A DNA stretch of 64,000 nt, from contig CBDCDZ010000004.1 in assembly GCA_965215565.1 (NCBI GenBank), positions 1,376,001 to 1,440,000 on the forward strand, written 5' to 3'. This document shows, one piece after another, positions 46,108 through 55,695 of this stretch. Numbering within the stretch: position 1 is the first letter of the stretch; every line of letters starts with the position of its first letter. The notes beneath the pieces were generated by a model, which made no database searches, was not told where the DNA came from, and worked only from the letters and a program-made list of their open reading frames with translations. A program made the translations under genes and the position numbers. The stretch is from Trueperaceae bacterium. Its GTDB lineage: Bacteria > Deinococcota > Deinococci > Deinococcales > Trueperaceae.

Positions 46108-46700
46108 GACGCGACCCGCGCACGCTCGCCTACGCGCTCCTCGTCATCGGCGCGCTGCTGCTTGCGAACAGTGGCTTCTTCGGAGCGCTGCCCGGCTTCT
46201 TGCGGACCTTGTCGCTCTTAGGGTTGGGCGCGGCGCTCTGGCTCGGACCGACGCACCTCGCGGCGGGCTGGCGCATTGCCGGTTTTATCGCCGTCGGCGT
46301 CTTTGCTATTGCGACCTCAGACGAATTTACGGGCGTCGCTTCGCTGGGCTTTCCTGCGCTCGCTCTTGCGCTCGTCTACCTCTCCAACCATCAACGCTGG
46401 TGGGCGGTGATTCCGGCGGGCATTTTAGCGAGTATCGCCACGCTCCTCGCCTTTAACGAACTTTTCTCGTGGAACGCGACGCCCGTGCTCTTTTTGGGCT
46501 TCGCGGCGACGTTTACGTACCTCTACTTACTTTCGCCTGGGCGCGGCGGGCAGCGCTGGGCGCTCTACCCGGCGGTGGTCTTCATCGCGCTAACCGTGCT
46601 CGTCAATGATCCTGGCAGCGGGTTCTCGAGCGCCCTGCCGCTCCTCTTTATCGGGGCGGGGGTGCTGATGTTGTGGTGGTGGCAGCGGGGGGCGAAGTAG
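46104..46700 (+). CDS. Multi-pass membrane protein
   Basis: 4-nt overlap with the kinase; paralogous motifs to 42946-43683. Confidence 0.78.
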   Translation: MRRDPRTLAYALLVIGALLLANSGFFGALPGFLRTLSLLGLGAALWLGPTHLAAGWRIAGFIAVGVFAIATSDEFTGVASLGFPALALALVYLSNHQRWWAVIPAGILASIATLLAFNELFSWNATPVLFLGFAATFTYLYLLSPGRGGQRWALYPAVVFIALTVLVNDPGSGFSSALPLLFIGAGVLMLWWWQRGAK

Positions 46701-46752
46701 CGCCAGAGCACCTTTCTAAAAGCAGTTTGAGAGTACCGCCAGTATTAACCTA

Positions 46753-46782
46753 TTGACTTACAGCTCTTACACTAACTATAAT
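46753..46782 (+). promoter_or_regulatory. Sigma70-type promoter of the small secreted peptide gene
   Basis: TTGACT-18 nt-TATAAT. Confidence 0.65.
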
Positions 46783-46815
46783 CCCGATATTGAGGGACCA
46801 AATTTGGAGGCAAAG

Positions 46816-46995
46816 ATGAAAGTAAAGCTTTCTATTCGCGCGTTAGTATTAGTACCTTTATTACTTGGATTACTTGCACTAAGCGGTGGTACAGTTTCGA
46901 CCTATGGCGATAGCGCTGATGGTTTGGAAATAGTTAGACTAGCTGGGGATGGGGATGCTGATAGAATAACGCTAGGTAATAATAATAACGCCTGA
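46816..46995 (+). CDS. Small putative secreted peptide (59 aa)
   Basis: RBS GGAGG, ATG, basic then hydrophobic signal-like N-terminus, polar tail. Confidence 0.7.
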   Translation: MKVKLSIRALVLVPLLLGLLALSGGTVSTYGDSADGLEIVRLAGDGDADRITLGNNNNA

Positions 46996-47032
46996 AGTTA
47001 GACTAGATTTTTAGGAGGGCAAGTCAAGGTCG

Positions 47033-49951
47033 CTAGCTTAGCGCGTGAGCGACTGCCTCTTCTAAAGTCAACTTCTGCCCAGCTTCCCAAGCCGCCTGGA
47101 AACCTTCGTTTCCTAGATTCTCTCGCGCTATATTAAGAGCCTGCTCGTATACCTGCTCTTCTTTTTTGGGTAAAGGCTGACCTATCTCTCGGCGTACGGA
47201 TGAGGCACTACTCCAAACTTGAGTACTATGAGAGAATTGTCCCACAGAGCACATCAATTCCGCGTATATTTCCAAGCTCAATAAAATAACTCTTACTATA
47301 CCTGCCTCGCTTCCAACTTCTAAACTCTTTTGTACATATCGCTTCGCTGCTTCATAATCCCCTTGCTTTCTTAGTACATCACCTATGTTGCCAAGAGCTA
47401 GGGCAAGACCGTACTTGTCCTCTATGCGCCTATAGATTGCTAAAGCTTCCTCATAAAGAGCTTTCGAAATGGAGAGATTGTCTCGAGCATCTTCAACCGT
47501 TCCTAAACCCATCAGCATCACTGCTACAAACAAATTATTCTTTATGCGCTTCGCTATAAGGAGACCTTCTCGGTATAGCTCCTGTGCGGTTACGTGGTGT
47601 CCTTGATTTGCCTCTAAAAGAGCCAAGTTATTGAGCAACACAGCGGTATACACCAAGTCTCCGAGTTCTTTTGCAATAGACAAACCCTTTTCGTAGTGTG
47701 TTTGAGCGATTCGCTCGTGGCCTTGCTCCTCCTCTAGCAGTCCCAAACCGTTAAGTAACTTCATGGTCTCGTCCATAGCGCCCACGCGGTTACTGAGTTC
47801 TATACCCTCCTGGTAGTAAGCGAGAGCTGTTTCGTAGTCGCCTAAACTACGCATCACGTTGCCTAAGCCTCGTCGCAAGCTGATGCTACGTTTTTCAATA
47901 CTCAGCACCGCGTCTAGTTTGATACTTTCCTCTAAATATCTGCGGGAAGTTTTCGGGTTGCCGAGTTTTTCAGCTATCAATCCAGCGGCTTCTAGCGCTT
48001 TTATTCTCGCGAGCACATCACCTTTACCCGTCAGCCTTAGCACTTGAGTCAGCCACCCGAGTCCTTCTTTGAGATAAGCCCGCCGTAGCCAGAATTCTCT
48101 TAGTGCATTGACCAGTTGCAACGCTACATCAGCTTCTTCCTGGTCTATAGACCAGCGAAGCGCGGCTCGAAGATTATTGAGTTCATTGTCAAGCGTATCG
48201 AGCCACGCTACTTGACCCTCATCTTTCAGTTTAGGTTCTGCATTTTTAGCGAAAGCGAGAAAGTATTCAGCGTGACGGCTCTTTACTCTGTCAACCTTAT
48301 CCGATTCGGCTAATCGCTGTTCAAGATACTGCTTCGTCAAAGGATGAAACCCGTACCGTCCACTCTGCTCTAAAGTTACGAACGACGTAGAAATCAACCT
48401 CATAAGCTGCTCTAGCTCCACCCCCGCAACTTCAAGCGCCGCCTCTCTCGTAAAGCCCCCAGCAAACACGGATAGTTTCCGCAACGCCGCTTGGTCTTCA
48501 GCCGTAAGGCGTTGCCAAGATTGCGTAAACACGCCCTCCATACTCTGATGTCTTTGATCGCGCACAGAATGCGTCGCTTTTAACACCTCTATACCCTGCC
48601 CCACCTCACGTACAACTTCATTCAGCGACACCGTAGAGAGCCACGCCGCCGCGAACTCGAGCGCTAAAGGTGAGCCGCCTGTCAAGTCGCATAGTCGCGC
48701 CAGGTCTTCGTATTCGCTAGGCGCGAGGGAGAGGTCTAAGCGCGATTGTTTGGCGCGTTCGGCGAAGAGTTGGGGTGCGTCGTAAGTAAAGAGGTTATCG
48801 TCAGTGTTGAGTGGATAGGAGAGCCCGCCGACGCGAAAGACCCATTCGTCCTCCAAGTCGAGACGAGCACGTGACGTGACCAAAAGTTTGAGGTTGGGGC
48901 GTGAGGCGAGCAGCGCCGAGACCGTTGACAGGTCCTCTAGCAAATGCTCCATGTTGTCTAAAACGAGGAGCATCTGCTTCTTGCCGATGTAGGACTGGAT
49001 GAGGCCTAAGTGGGATTCTCGCCCTTTAGGGGACAACTCTAGCGCCTCGGCGATGCGCGTAGGAATGAGATCGGCGGAGGTGAGGGACTCGAGCGCGGCG
49101 AGGTAGACACCGTCCTCAACGTGCGGCTGAGAGAGTTGCGCGTGCGCCACGTTCAACGCGAGGCGCGATTTTCCTATGCCGCCTGGTCCCATCAGCGTGA
49201 GAAGTCGGCAATTCGGATCGCTGAGTTGCGAGCTAAGCGTTTCTATCTCCTCTTGACGCCCGATAAAAGCGTTCTTTGGTGAGGGCAGGTTGTGAGGGAC
49301 TACCTCACTGAATTTAGCGCGTGATGGAGCCGCTTTGACGAGTGTAAGCCCTAACTCTTCAGCTTCTGCGGCGACGGCTTGCGCCGCCTCGTGCCCGCCT
49401 TCTTGAAGCAGATCAAAGATGAGGGTCAACGTTTCAGGTTCGAGCGCGGGTGCGGCGGGCAGGGTGTAGGCGGTCTCGGCGTACTGTGCAGCGAGTTCGG
49501 CGCGGCTCTCCTCGGCGTAGTGCTCGGCGAGCTTCAAGAGGCTCGTTTGCGCCTGCGCCGCGAACGTCTCGCGCGTATCGTAAACCCAAGATTCCAAGTT
49601 GGCGCTCCAGTCAGGCAACGCAACATCTTCTAGGAAGGGTCCCTGATAGAGATTCAGCGCCGCTTTATGTTGCCCCCGCTCCGCCGCTCTCGAAAAGGCG
49701 AGCGCATCCGTAGGCAGCGTGCTCTTGACGCTATGCGCGTCGCTTTCGATGCTACCCGGACGCGCTTTTCGGAGTCGGCTCAGCGCGACGGAGAGGTCTC
49801 CAAAGGGATCTTTAGCGTCGGACCAAAAAAGCTGCGCGAGGTGCTTTCTGCTCTGCCGCCCCTCCAGGCTCAAGTAGGACAGCAAGACGAGCGGCTTGAG
49901 CCGAGTGAAATGCGTATCGCCCAGCGAGAGCTTTCCTAACGTGTAGAGCAT
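47033..49951 (-). CDS. BTAD + P-loop (STAND-like) ATPase + TPR regulator
   Basis: BTAD-like N-terminus, HNLP..FIGR, GPGGIGKS, LVLDNMEH, VTSR, GSPLALE, C-terminal TPR repeats. Confidence 0.9.
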   Translation of the reverse strand: MLYTLGKLSLGDTHFTRLKPLVLLSYLSLEGRQSRKHLAQLFWSDAKDPFGDLSVALSRLRKARPGSIESDAHSVKSTLPTDALAFSRAAERGQHKAALNLYQGPFLEDVALPDWSANLESWVYDTRETFAAQAQTSLLKLAEHYAEESRAELAAQYAETAYTLPAAPALEPETLTLIFDLLQEGGHEAAQAVAAEAEELGLTLVKAAPSRAKFSEVVPHNLPSPKNAFIGRQEEIETLSSQLSDPNCRLLTLMGPGGIGKSRLALNVAHAQLSQPHVEDGVYLAALESLTSADLIPTRIAEALELSPKGRESHLGLIQSYIGKKQMLLVLDNMEHLLEDLSTVSALLASRPNLKLLVTSRARLDLEDEWVFRVGGLSYPLNTDDNLFTYDAPQLFAERAKQSRLDLSLAPSEYEDLARLCDLTGGSPLALEFAAAWLSTVSLNEVVREVGQGIEVLKATHSVRDQRHQSMEGVFTQSWQRLTAEDQAALRKLSVFAGGFTREAALEVAGVELEQLMRLISTSFVTLEQSGRYGFHPLTKQYLEQRLAESDKVDRVKSRHAEYFLAFAKNAEPKLKDEGQVAWLDTLDNELNNLRAALRWSIDQEEADVALQLVNALREFWLRRAYLKEGLGWLTQVLRLTGKGDVLARIKALEAAGLIAEKLGNPKTSRRYLEESIKLDAVLSIEKRSISLRRGLGNVMRSLGDYETALAYYQEGIELSNRVGAMDETMKLLNGLGLLEEEQGHERIAQTHYEKGLSIAKELGDLVYTAVLLNNLALLEANQGHHVTAQELYREGLLIAKRIKNNLFVAVMLMGLGTVEDARDNLSISKALYEEALAIYRRIEDKYGLALALGNIGDVLRKQGDYEAAKRYVQKSLEVGSEAGIVRVILLSLEIYAELMCSVGQFSHSTQVWSSASSVRREIGQPLPKKEEQVYEQALNIARENLGNEGFQAAWEAGQKLTLEEAVAHALS

Positions 49952-50092
49952 CTGTATCTCCCTGCTAAAAACCTCTTACCAGAAGTAATGTACTCACCAA
50001 AAACTGCTTTCACTATTTTGACTCAGGATAGTCGGTAGCTCGAGCCTTGTTTGTAACCTCTCTATGAAAAAACGTTAATCTTCTCACACTTC

Positions 50093-50132
50093 GGAAAGCT
50101 CTGGAAAGCCCTGGAAAGCGTCCCCCTATATT
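50093..50132 (+). promoter_or_regulatory. Triple GGAAAGC direct repeat (10-bp period) upstream of a -10 box
   Basis: GGAAAGC at 50093, 50103 and 50113; TATATT at 50127. Confidence 0.6.
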
Positions 50133-50366
50133 CTTCGGTCAAGTTCAGAAAAGAGGAGGGTCCGAAGCGTTGGAAATGCCACAACTGCGGCGAGCAGCTC
50201 GAGCGCATTTGGCACAGTTTCCAAACAAAAGGTTGTGCGGAAGAGGGTTAGTCAAACTTTAGCTTTCTAAGGGGAAGAGCTGAATAAGAGCTTAATTGCT
50301 GAATCACGAAGCAAGGACCCGCTGAACAGCTTTGTAACATTCTGCGCAAAATTTAGAGGAGAGAAG

Positions 50367-51650
50367 ATGAAAGCAACGAAGTTTATTCGCACCTTGGCAC
50401 CTTTATTACTCGCATTACTCGTACTCGCTGCGTGCTCTGACCTAGCAGCCGGTCCTACTGAAGATACCCAACTCGCAACCTTAGCCGGTACTACGTACTA
50501 CGTTTCGACTACGGGCAGCAATAGCAACGACGGTAAGTCAACGAGCAGACCCTTCAAAACGATTGCTAAGGCTGCGGGCGCTGCTGGACCGGGTGATACT
50601 ATCTACCTGCGCGGCGGCGTGTACAAGGAATACGTCGATGGCTACAGCGGCGGGTCAAATACCTACTTCACGAGGAGTGGTGTAAGTGGTAGCCCCATCA
50701 CCATCGCGAGCTATCCTGGCGAACGCGCGACCATCGACGGCAGCAGCTTGACGGGTGAAAATGGCGGCAGATACCTCTTACAAATCAACGCGAATTACAT
50801 CGTTGTTCGTGACCTCAACCTCCGCAATAGCGTAGGCAAGGGAATACGCGCAGCGGGTAACAACAACACCATTAGCGGTGTTCGTTCCTTCGCCAACCGT
50901 GAAGACGGCATCTACGTCAACGGTGATAACAACCTTATCGAGCGTAACGAGTCTTACGACAACTACGACCGCGGCTCAGGCGGGGACAGCGGCGACGGCA
51001 TTAAGGTAGGCGGGCAGAGCAAAGGCGTCGTCATCAAACACAATCGTGTTTATAACAACTCTGACGACGGCATTGACGTTTGGGATTCGGTAGACGCACT
51101 TGTTACCAACAACATCTCTTACAGCAACGGACGTGGAACATCAGGCAACGGTAACGGCTATAAGTTGGGCGGTGGTAACGGTCTTCCACCTGCTGGTACT
51201 AGACCAGCTAACAGCGGTGTGGAGGCCAAATACAACGTTGGTTATAAAAATAAGGCGAGTAATTTTGAGACGAACACGACTAACGGGGTATCACTCTACA
51301 GAAATACTTCGTGGGCTTCAAGTGGAGTTGGCTTCGAATTCGGTGCTAAAAACGGCGTATCCGACGATTTCGTGAACCGCAACCTCAGCTATCAAGATAA
51401 AACAGCTTTCAATGACGGTCCTGCGGACAGCTTCCCGAAAGGCTACATGCAGAATTCATGGCAAGAGGGAATCACCAACCCTGGTCTCAATACCAACCCT
51501 TCAAGCTCCGGGTTCATGAGCATCCCCTCGAGCAGCCCCGCAGCGAACGTAGACGGCTCCCCGATTGGCGCAGTCAGCCCAGGAAAAACGCTGAGCAGCA
51601 ACATCCCCTCGCAAACCTGCGGCGGTTCAGGATACGGCGCTTGTCCGTAA
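50367..51650 (+). CDS. Lipoprotein with right-handed parallel beta-helix (PL9 pectate lyase-like)
   Basis: Lipobox LAAC; YYVS..GSNSNDG..PFKTI, PGDTIYLRGG, NSDDGID, GNGNGYKLG. Confidence 0.85.
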   Translation: MKATKFIRTLAPLLLALLVLAACSDLAAGPTEDTQLATLAGTTYYVSTTGSNSNDGKSTSRPFKTIAKAAGAAGPGDTIYLRGGVYKEYVDGYSGGSNTYFTRSGVSGSPITIASYPGERATIDGSSLTGENGGRYLLQINANYIVVRDLNLRNSVGKGIRAAGNNNTISGVRSFANREDGIYVNGDNNLIERNESYDNYDRGSGGDSGDGIKVGGQSKGVVIKHNRVYNNSDDGIDVWDSVDALVTNNISYSNGRGTSGNGNGYKLGGGNGLPPAGTRPANSGVEAKYNVGYKNKASNFETNTTNGVSLYRNTSWASSGVGFEFGAKNGVSDDFVNRNLSYQDKTAFNDGPADSFPKGYMQNSWQEGITNPGLNTNPSSSGFMSIPSSSPAANVDGSPIGAVSPGKTLSSNIPSQTCGGSGYGACP

Positions 51651-51689
51651 TCAGTCTCAAGGTTGAAAAAAGGTAGGAGCACTTAGAAT

Positions 51690-51721
51690 AAGAGGCGGTC
51701 AAAACCGCCTCTTCTCTCTTT
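51690..51721 (+). terminator. Rho-independent terminator
   Basis: AAGAGGCGGT/ACCGCCTCTT plus pyrimidine tail. Confidence 0.7.
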
Positions 51722-51814
51722 GGCACACTTCGCTGACGCAAGTGAAGCGCCCTAAATCCCAAACTACAATTTGTCAGCCTTGCATCTTCTCTCCTCGAGC
51801 CTATATATTTATAC

Positions 51815-53377
51815 GTGCGCTCCCCTCCCGCCCCTACGACAACCCAGAGTAAAGACACCCTGCTCGAGATGCACGCCATCACCAAACGCTTCCCCGGCGT
51901 CATTGCAAACGACAGCGTGAGTTTGACCTTACACGCCGGCGAAGTCCACGCGCTTTTGGGCGAAAACGGCGCGGGCAAAACGACCCTGATTAGCATCCTT
52001 TATGGTCTCTACAACCCGGATGAGGGCGAGATTTTCGTGCGCGGCGAAGCGGTACACTTTCGCTCGCCGAAAGACGCGATAAGTGCGGGTATCGGGCTTA
52101 TCGCGCAACACTTCATGCTCGTCAAGAAGCACACGGTGGCGGAGAACATCGCATTGGGCTTAGAGCGCACGCCTTTTTTCTTCCCGCTACGCAACCTCAA
52201 AACGCAGATTAGAGAGCTGGGCGAGCGCTACGGGCTGGGCGTAGACCCGGACGCTTACGTCAATGAACTCTCAGCGGGCGAGCAGCAGCGCGTGGAGATT
52301 CTGAAGGCGCTCGTGCGCGGCGCAAAGGTGCTCATTATGGACGAGCCGACGGGCGTGCTGACGCCGCAGGAGGCGCAGAACCTCTTCAGCGTTTTAGCGC
52401 GAATGAAAGAGGCGGGGCACGCGGTCATTTTCATCACCCATAAGCTCAGCGAGGTCTTAGCTATCGCGGACCGCATTACCGTATTGCGCAAAGGAGCAGT
52501 GGTGGGCGCGCTGGACCGTAGCGAGGCGAACGAGAAGACCTTGGCGCGGCTGATGGTCGGGCGCGAGGTCGCGCCGGTACGCCTAAAGAGGACGGTAGGC
52601 GAGGGGAATAAGGGCGTTGTTTTGGAAGCTGACAAGCTCTCCGCGCAGAGCGAACGCGACACAGCGGCGCTCAAAGAGGTTTCATTTCACGTTAAACGCG
52701 GCGAGATTTTGGGCGTGGCGGGCGTAGCAGGCAACGGTCAGAGCGAACTCATTGAGGTTGTTACCGGACATCGCCCTCTGGGCGCCGGACGACTCACCTT
52801 GGCAGGCGAAGACGTCACCTCACTAGATAGTCGAGGGCGCTTTGAGCGCGGCGTCGCGCACATCCCTGAAGACCGTAACGGCGTAGGCGTCGTGCCGACG
52901 CTCTCGGTGGCGGAGAACTTGGCTTTGCGGCACTACCGCTACGCGCCCCTTGCAAGAGGACCGCTCCTCAATCCGAAAGCCGTCGCGTACTTTGCCGAAC
53001 GCGCCATCGAAACATACGACATCGCGACGCCTTCGCGCCGCACGCCCGCGCGCCTCCTCTCGGGCGGCAATATTCAGAAGCTCATCTTGGCTCGGGAGCT
53101 GTCCAACTTGAGTGAGCGCTCCAACACCTCGCTTATCGTCGCCTCGCACCCGACGTACGGACTCGACGTGGGCGCGGCGGCGCAGGTACACCGGGCACTT
53201 TTAGAAGAGCGCAGCGAAGGGAGCGGCGTGCTGCTCGTGTCCGAAGATTTAGAGGAACTCTTAGGGTTAGCAGACCGAATCATGGTGATGTTTGCGGGTG
53301 AGGTCATGGGAACGCTCAAAGGCGAACAAGCGGAGCGCGAGCAGCTCGGGCTGATGATGGCGGGGGTGAGGGCGTGA
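51815..53377 (+). CDS. Nucleoside/simple sugar ABC transporter ATP-binding protein
   Basis: GENGAGKT, GVAGNGQ, LSGGNIQK; two ABC domains. Confidence 0.93.
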   Translation: MRSPPAPTTTQSKDTLLEMHAITKRFPGVIANDSVSLTLHAGEVHALLGENGAGKTTLISILYGLYNPDEGEIFVRGEAVHFRSPKDAISAGIGLIAQHFMLVKKHTVAENIALGLERTPFFFPLRNLKTQIRELGERYGLGVDPDAYVNELSAGEQQRVEILKALVRGAKVLIMDEPTGVLTPQEAQNLFSVLARMKEAGHAVIFITHKLSEVLAIADRITVLRKGAVVGALDRSEANEKTLARLMVGREVAPVRLKRTVGEGNKGVVLEADKLSAQSERDTAALKEVSFHVKRGEILGVAGVAGNGQSELIEVVTGHRPLGAGRLTLAGEDVTSLDSRGRFERGVAHIPEDRNGVGVVPTLSVAENLALRHYRYAPLARGPLLNPKAVAYFAERAIETYDIATPSRRTPARLLSGGNIQKLILARELSNLSERSNTSLIVASHPTYGLDVGAAAQVHRALLEERSEGSGVLLVSEDLEELLGLADRIMVMFAGEVMGTLKGEQAEREQLGLMMAGVRA

Positions 53378-54495
53378 GCGGACTTACAGGCTGGCGGCTC
53401 GAGCGTCAACCCTCCCCCTCCCCTTTGGCCGTCATCGGCGTCTCGTTAGGCGCGATTTTTGCGGCGCTTATTGTGACAGGGTTTATCTTCTGGTTCTACG
53501 GCTTCAATCCGCTCGAGGCTTACGGCACAATTCTGAGCAGCACGTTGGGCAACTTCAGAGGCTTCGCCGAAGTGTTGCGCAAGAGTATTCCACTCCTCTT
53601 AGCGGGTGTCGGCTTGGTGCTGGCGTTCCGGGCGCAGTTCTGGAACATCGGGGCGGAGGGGCAGATTTTAGTCGGCGCGGTGGCAGCGTCGGGCGTGGCA
53701 CTTTTCGTCCCCTTGCCCGGTCCTCTTTACTTGCCCACGATGTTCTTAGCGGGCTTCGTCGGCGGCGCACTCTGGGGGCTCGTGCCCGCACTGCTCAAAG
53801 TCCGTTTGGGCGTCAACGAAATCATTACCACGCTGATGCTCAACTACGTAGCGATTTACCTCGTGCAGTACCTCATCTATGGACCTTGGAAGGGCGCAGC
53901 CACACGCGGAATGCCCATCTCCGACTTCTTCCCCGACGCGGCGTGGCTGCCCGTCATCCCCGGCACGCGGCTCCACTGGCCGACGCTCGTTCTAGGACTT
54001 TTACTCGCCCTATTTGTCGCCTTTTTGCTCGCGCGCACGAAGCTCGGCTTCGAGATTCGCGTGCTCGGGCAGAGCCCCCAGGCGGCGCGGTATGCGGGGG
54101 TGAACTTTCTCAAGACGACGCTGGTTCTGGTTCTCATCTCGGCGGGCGCGGCGGGCTTAGCGGGCGTAGGCGAGGTGGCGGGCATCTATCACCGCCTCAC
54201 CGACCCCGCGCAGCTCTCGCTCGGCTACGGCTACACGGCGATTATCGTGGCGCTTTTGGCGCGGAACAACCCTATCGCGGCTGTTTTTACCGCGCTCTTT
54301 TTAGGCTTCGTCTTCGCGAGCGGCGACGTGATGCGGGTCTCGCTCCGCTTGCCCTTCCAAATGACGAACGTCATCAGCGGTCTGGTGCTCCTCTTCATGA
54401 TCGCGAGCGAGCCGCTCTTGCGCTACAGGTTGCGCCGGGTGAGGAGGGATTCAGCGGTGACGGATGTCGAGTCTCGCAGGTCTCGGCAGAGCTAA
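53374..54495 (+). CDS. Nucleoside ABC transporter permease
   Basis: WNIGAEGQ, NEIITTLMLNY, GYGYTAIIVA. Confidence 0.92.
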   Translation: MSGLTGWRLERQPSPSPLAVIGVSLGAIFAALIVTGFIFWFYGFNPLEAYGTILSSTLGNFRGFAEVLRKSIPLLLAGVGLVLAFRAQFWNIGAEGQILVGAVAASGVALFVPLPGPLYLPTMFLAGFVGGALWGLVPALLKVRLGVNEIITTLMLNYVAIYLVQYLIYGPWKGAATRGMPISDFFPDAAWLPVIPGTRLHWPTLVLGLLLALFVAFLLARTKLGFEIRVLGQSPQAARYAGVNFLKTTLVLVLISAGAAGLAGVGEVAGIYHRLTDPAQLSLGYGYTAIIVALLARNNPIAAVFTALFLGFVFASGDVMRVSLRLPFQMTNVISGLVLLFMIASEPLLRYRLRRVRRDSAVTDVESRRSRQS

Positions 54496-54501
54496 ATAAG
54501 G

Positions 54502-54563
54502 GAGTTGAAAGCAATGAGCAATGAGTGAAACCCTTTAGACTCATTGCTTTCAACTCATTGCTC
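54502..54563. repeat. Intergenic nested-palindrome repeat, copy 3 (short)
   Basis: GAGTTGAAAGCAATGAG..CTCATTGCTTTCAACTC. Confidence 0.75.
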
Positions 54564-54632
54564 ACCGTTCGTCCAGCTCGACTGGATTGCTCTGAACTCA
54601 TCACTGTATAGATAAAGAATTAAGGAGAACAC

Positions 54633-55559
54633 GTGGAAGCAGACTGGCTCATCAGCACGGTAGGACGCGCGCTCGCGTTCAGCACGCCGCTTCTTTGGGC
54701 GGCGCTGGGTGAAATCTACGCCGAACGCGCCGGGGTGGTGAATTTGGGGCTCGAGGGGATGATGATTCTAGGCGCAATCATGGGCTTTATTGCGGGTCAA
54801 ACAACGGGCTCGCCCCTCTTAGGTCTTGTGGTGGCGGCGGGTGCGGGTGGGCTCGCGGCACTTTTGCACGCCTTTATTTCCATCACCTTGCGGGCGAACC
54901 AATACGTCTCCGGCTTAGCGCTCACGATTTTGGGGCTCGGTTTGGCAGGGCTCTTGGGTAGAGGATACGAGGGAATCCCGCTGCGTCAGCCGATGCGAGC
55001 AGTGAGCGTCCCCCTACTCTCCGACATCCCTGTCATCGGTCCAGCCTTTTTCACCAATCAGTACCTCTTGACCTACGCGGGGCTTCTCATCGCGGTACTG
55101 CTCTGGTTCGTCTTGCGCTACACAAAGGTGGGCGTCACGCTTCGCTCGGTGGGTGAGTCGCCCAAAGCGGCGGACTCGCTCGGCATCAATGTGTTTACGG
55201 TGCGCTACCTCGCCGTGATTTTCGGTGGACTCATGGCGGGGATTGCAGGCGGTTATCTCTCGCTGGCGTATCGCCCCTCATGGAGCGAAGGGATGACGGC
55301 GGGGATGGGCTGGATTGCTCTAGCCATCACGATCTTCGCGGCGTGGAGCCCGCTACGCGCTATTCTGGCCGCGTTTTTGTTCGGTGCGTGCTTCCACCTC
55401 TCGTTTCGGCTGCAAGGGAGCTTCCCCACCGAGTTCTTGCAGATGCTTCCCTATGTTTTTACGATTCTAGCGCTTACGGTCATCGCGCTCAGCAAGTCGG
55501 GACGCCGCAACGGTGCGCCTGAAGCGTTGGGGGAGCCGTACTCGAGGGGGGAGAGGTAA
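54633..55559 (+). CDS. Nucleoside ABC transporter permease
   Basis: ERAGVVNLGLEGMM, GMGWIALA, MLPY. Confidence 0.92.
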   Translation: MEADWLISTVGRALAFSTPLLWAALGEIYAERAGVVNLGLEGMMILGAIMGFIAGQTTGSPLLGLVVAAGAGGLAALLHAFISITLRANQYVSGLALTILGLGLAGLLGRGYEGIPLRQPMRAVSVPLLSDIPVIGPAFFTNQYLLTYAGLLIAVLLWFVLRYTKVGVTLRSVGESPKAADSLGINVFTVRYLAVIFGGLMAGIAGGYLSLAYRPSWSEGMTAGMGWIALAITIFAAWSPLRAILAAFLFGACFHLSFRLQGSFPTEFLQMLPYVFTILALTVIALSKSGRRNGAPEALGEPYSRGER

Positions 55560-55695
55560 AGGAGCATTTCAGCCGGTCAGCTTGTCAGGTTTTTCCTGAC
55601 CCGCTGACATGCTGACTAGCTTAATGAAGATGCACCCCGCACGCCATATGTGATAATTTATACAGAGTGAAACGCAGGGCAGCCCCGGAGGTTTT

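Noticed and set aside
50158..50320. Y RNA-like GGGTCCGAAG start or a c-di-AMP riboswitch in the lipoprotein leader
   Set aside because: It lacks the N9-GTTATC motif and the 3' CTTG partner; the GCTGAA-containing stretch is too short for the ydaO architecture
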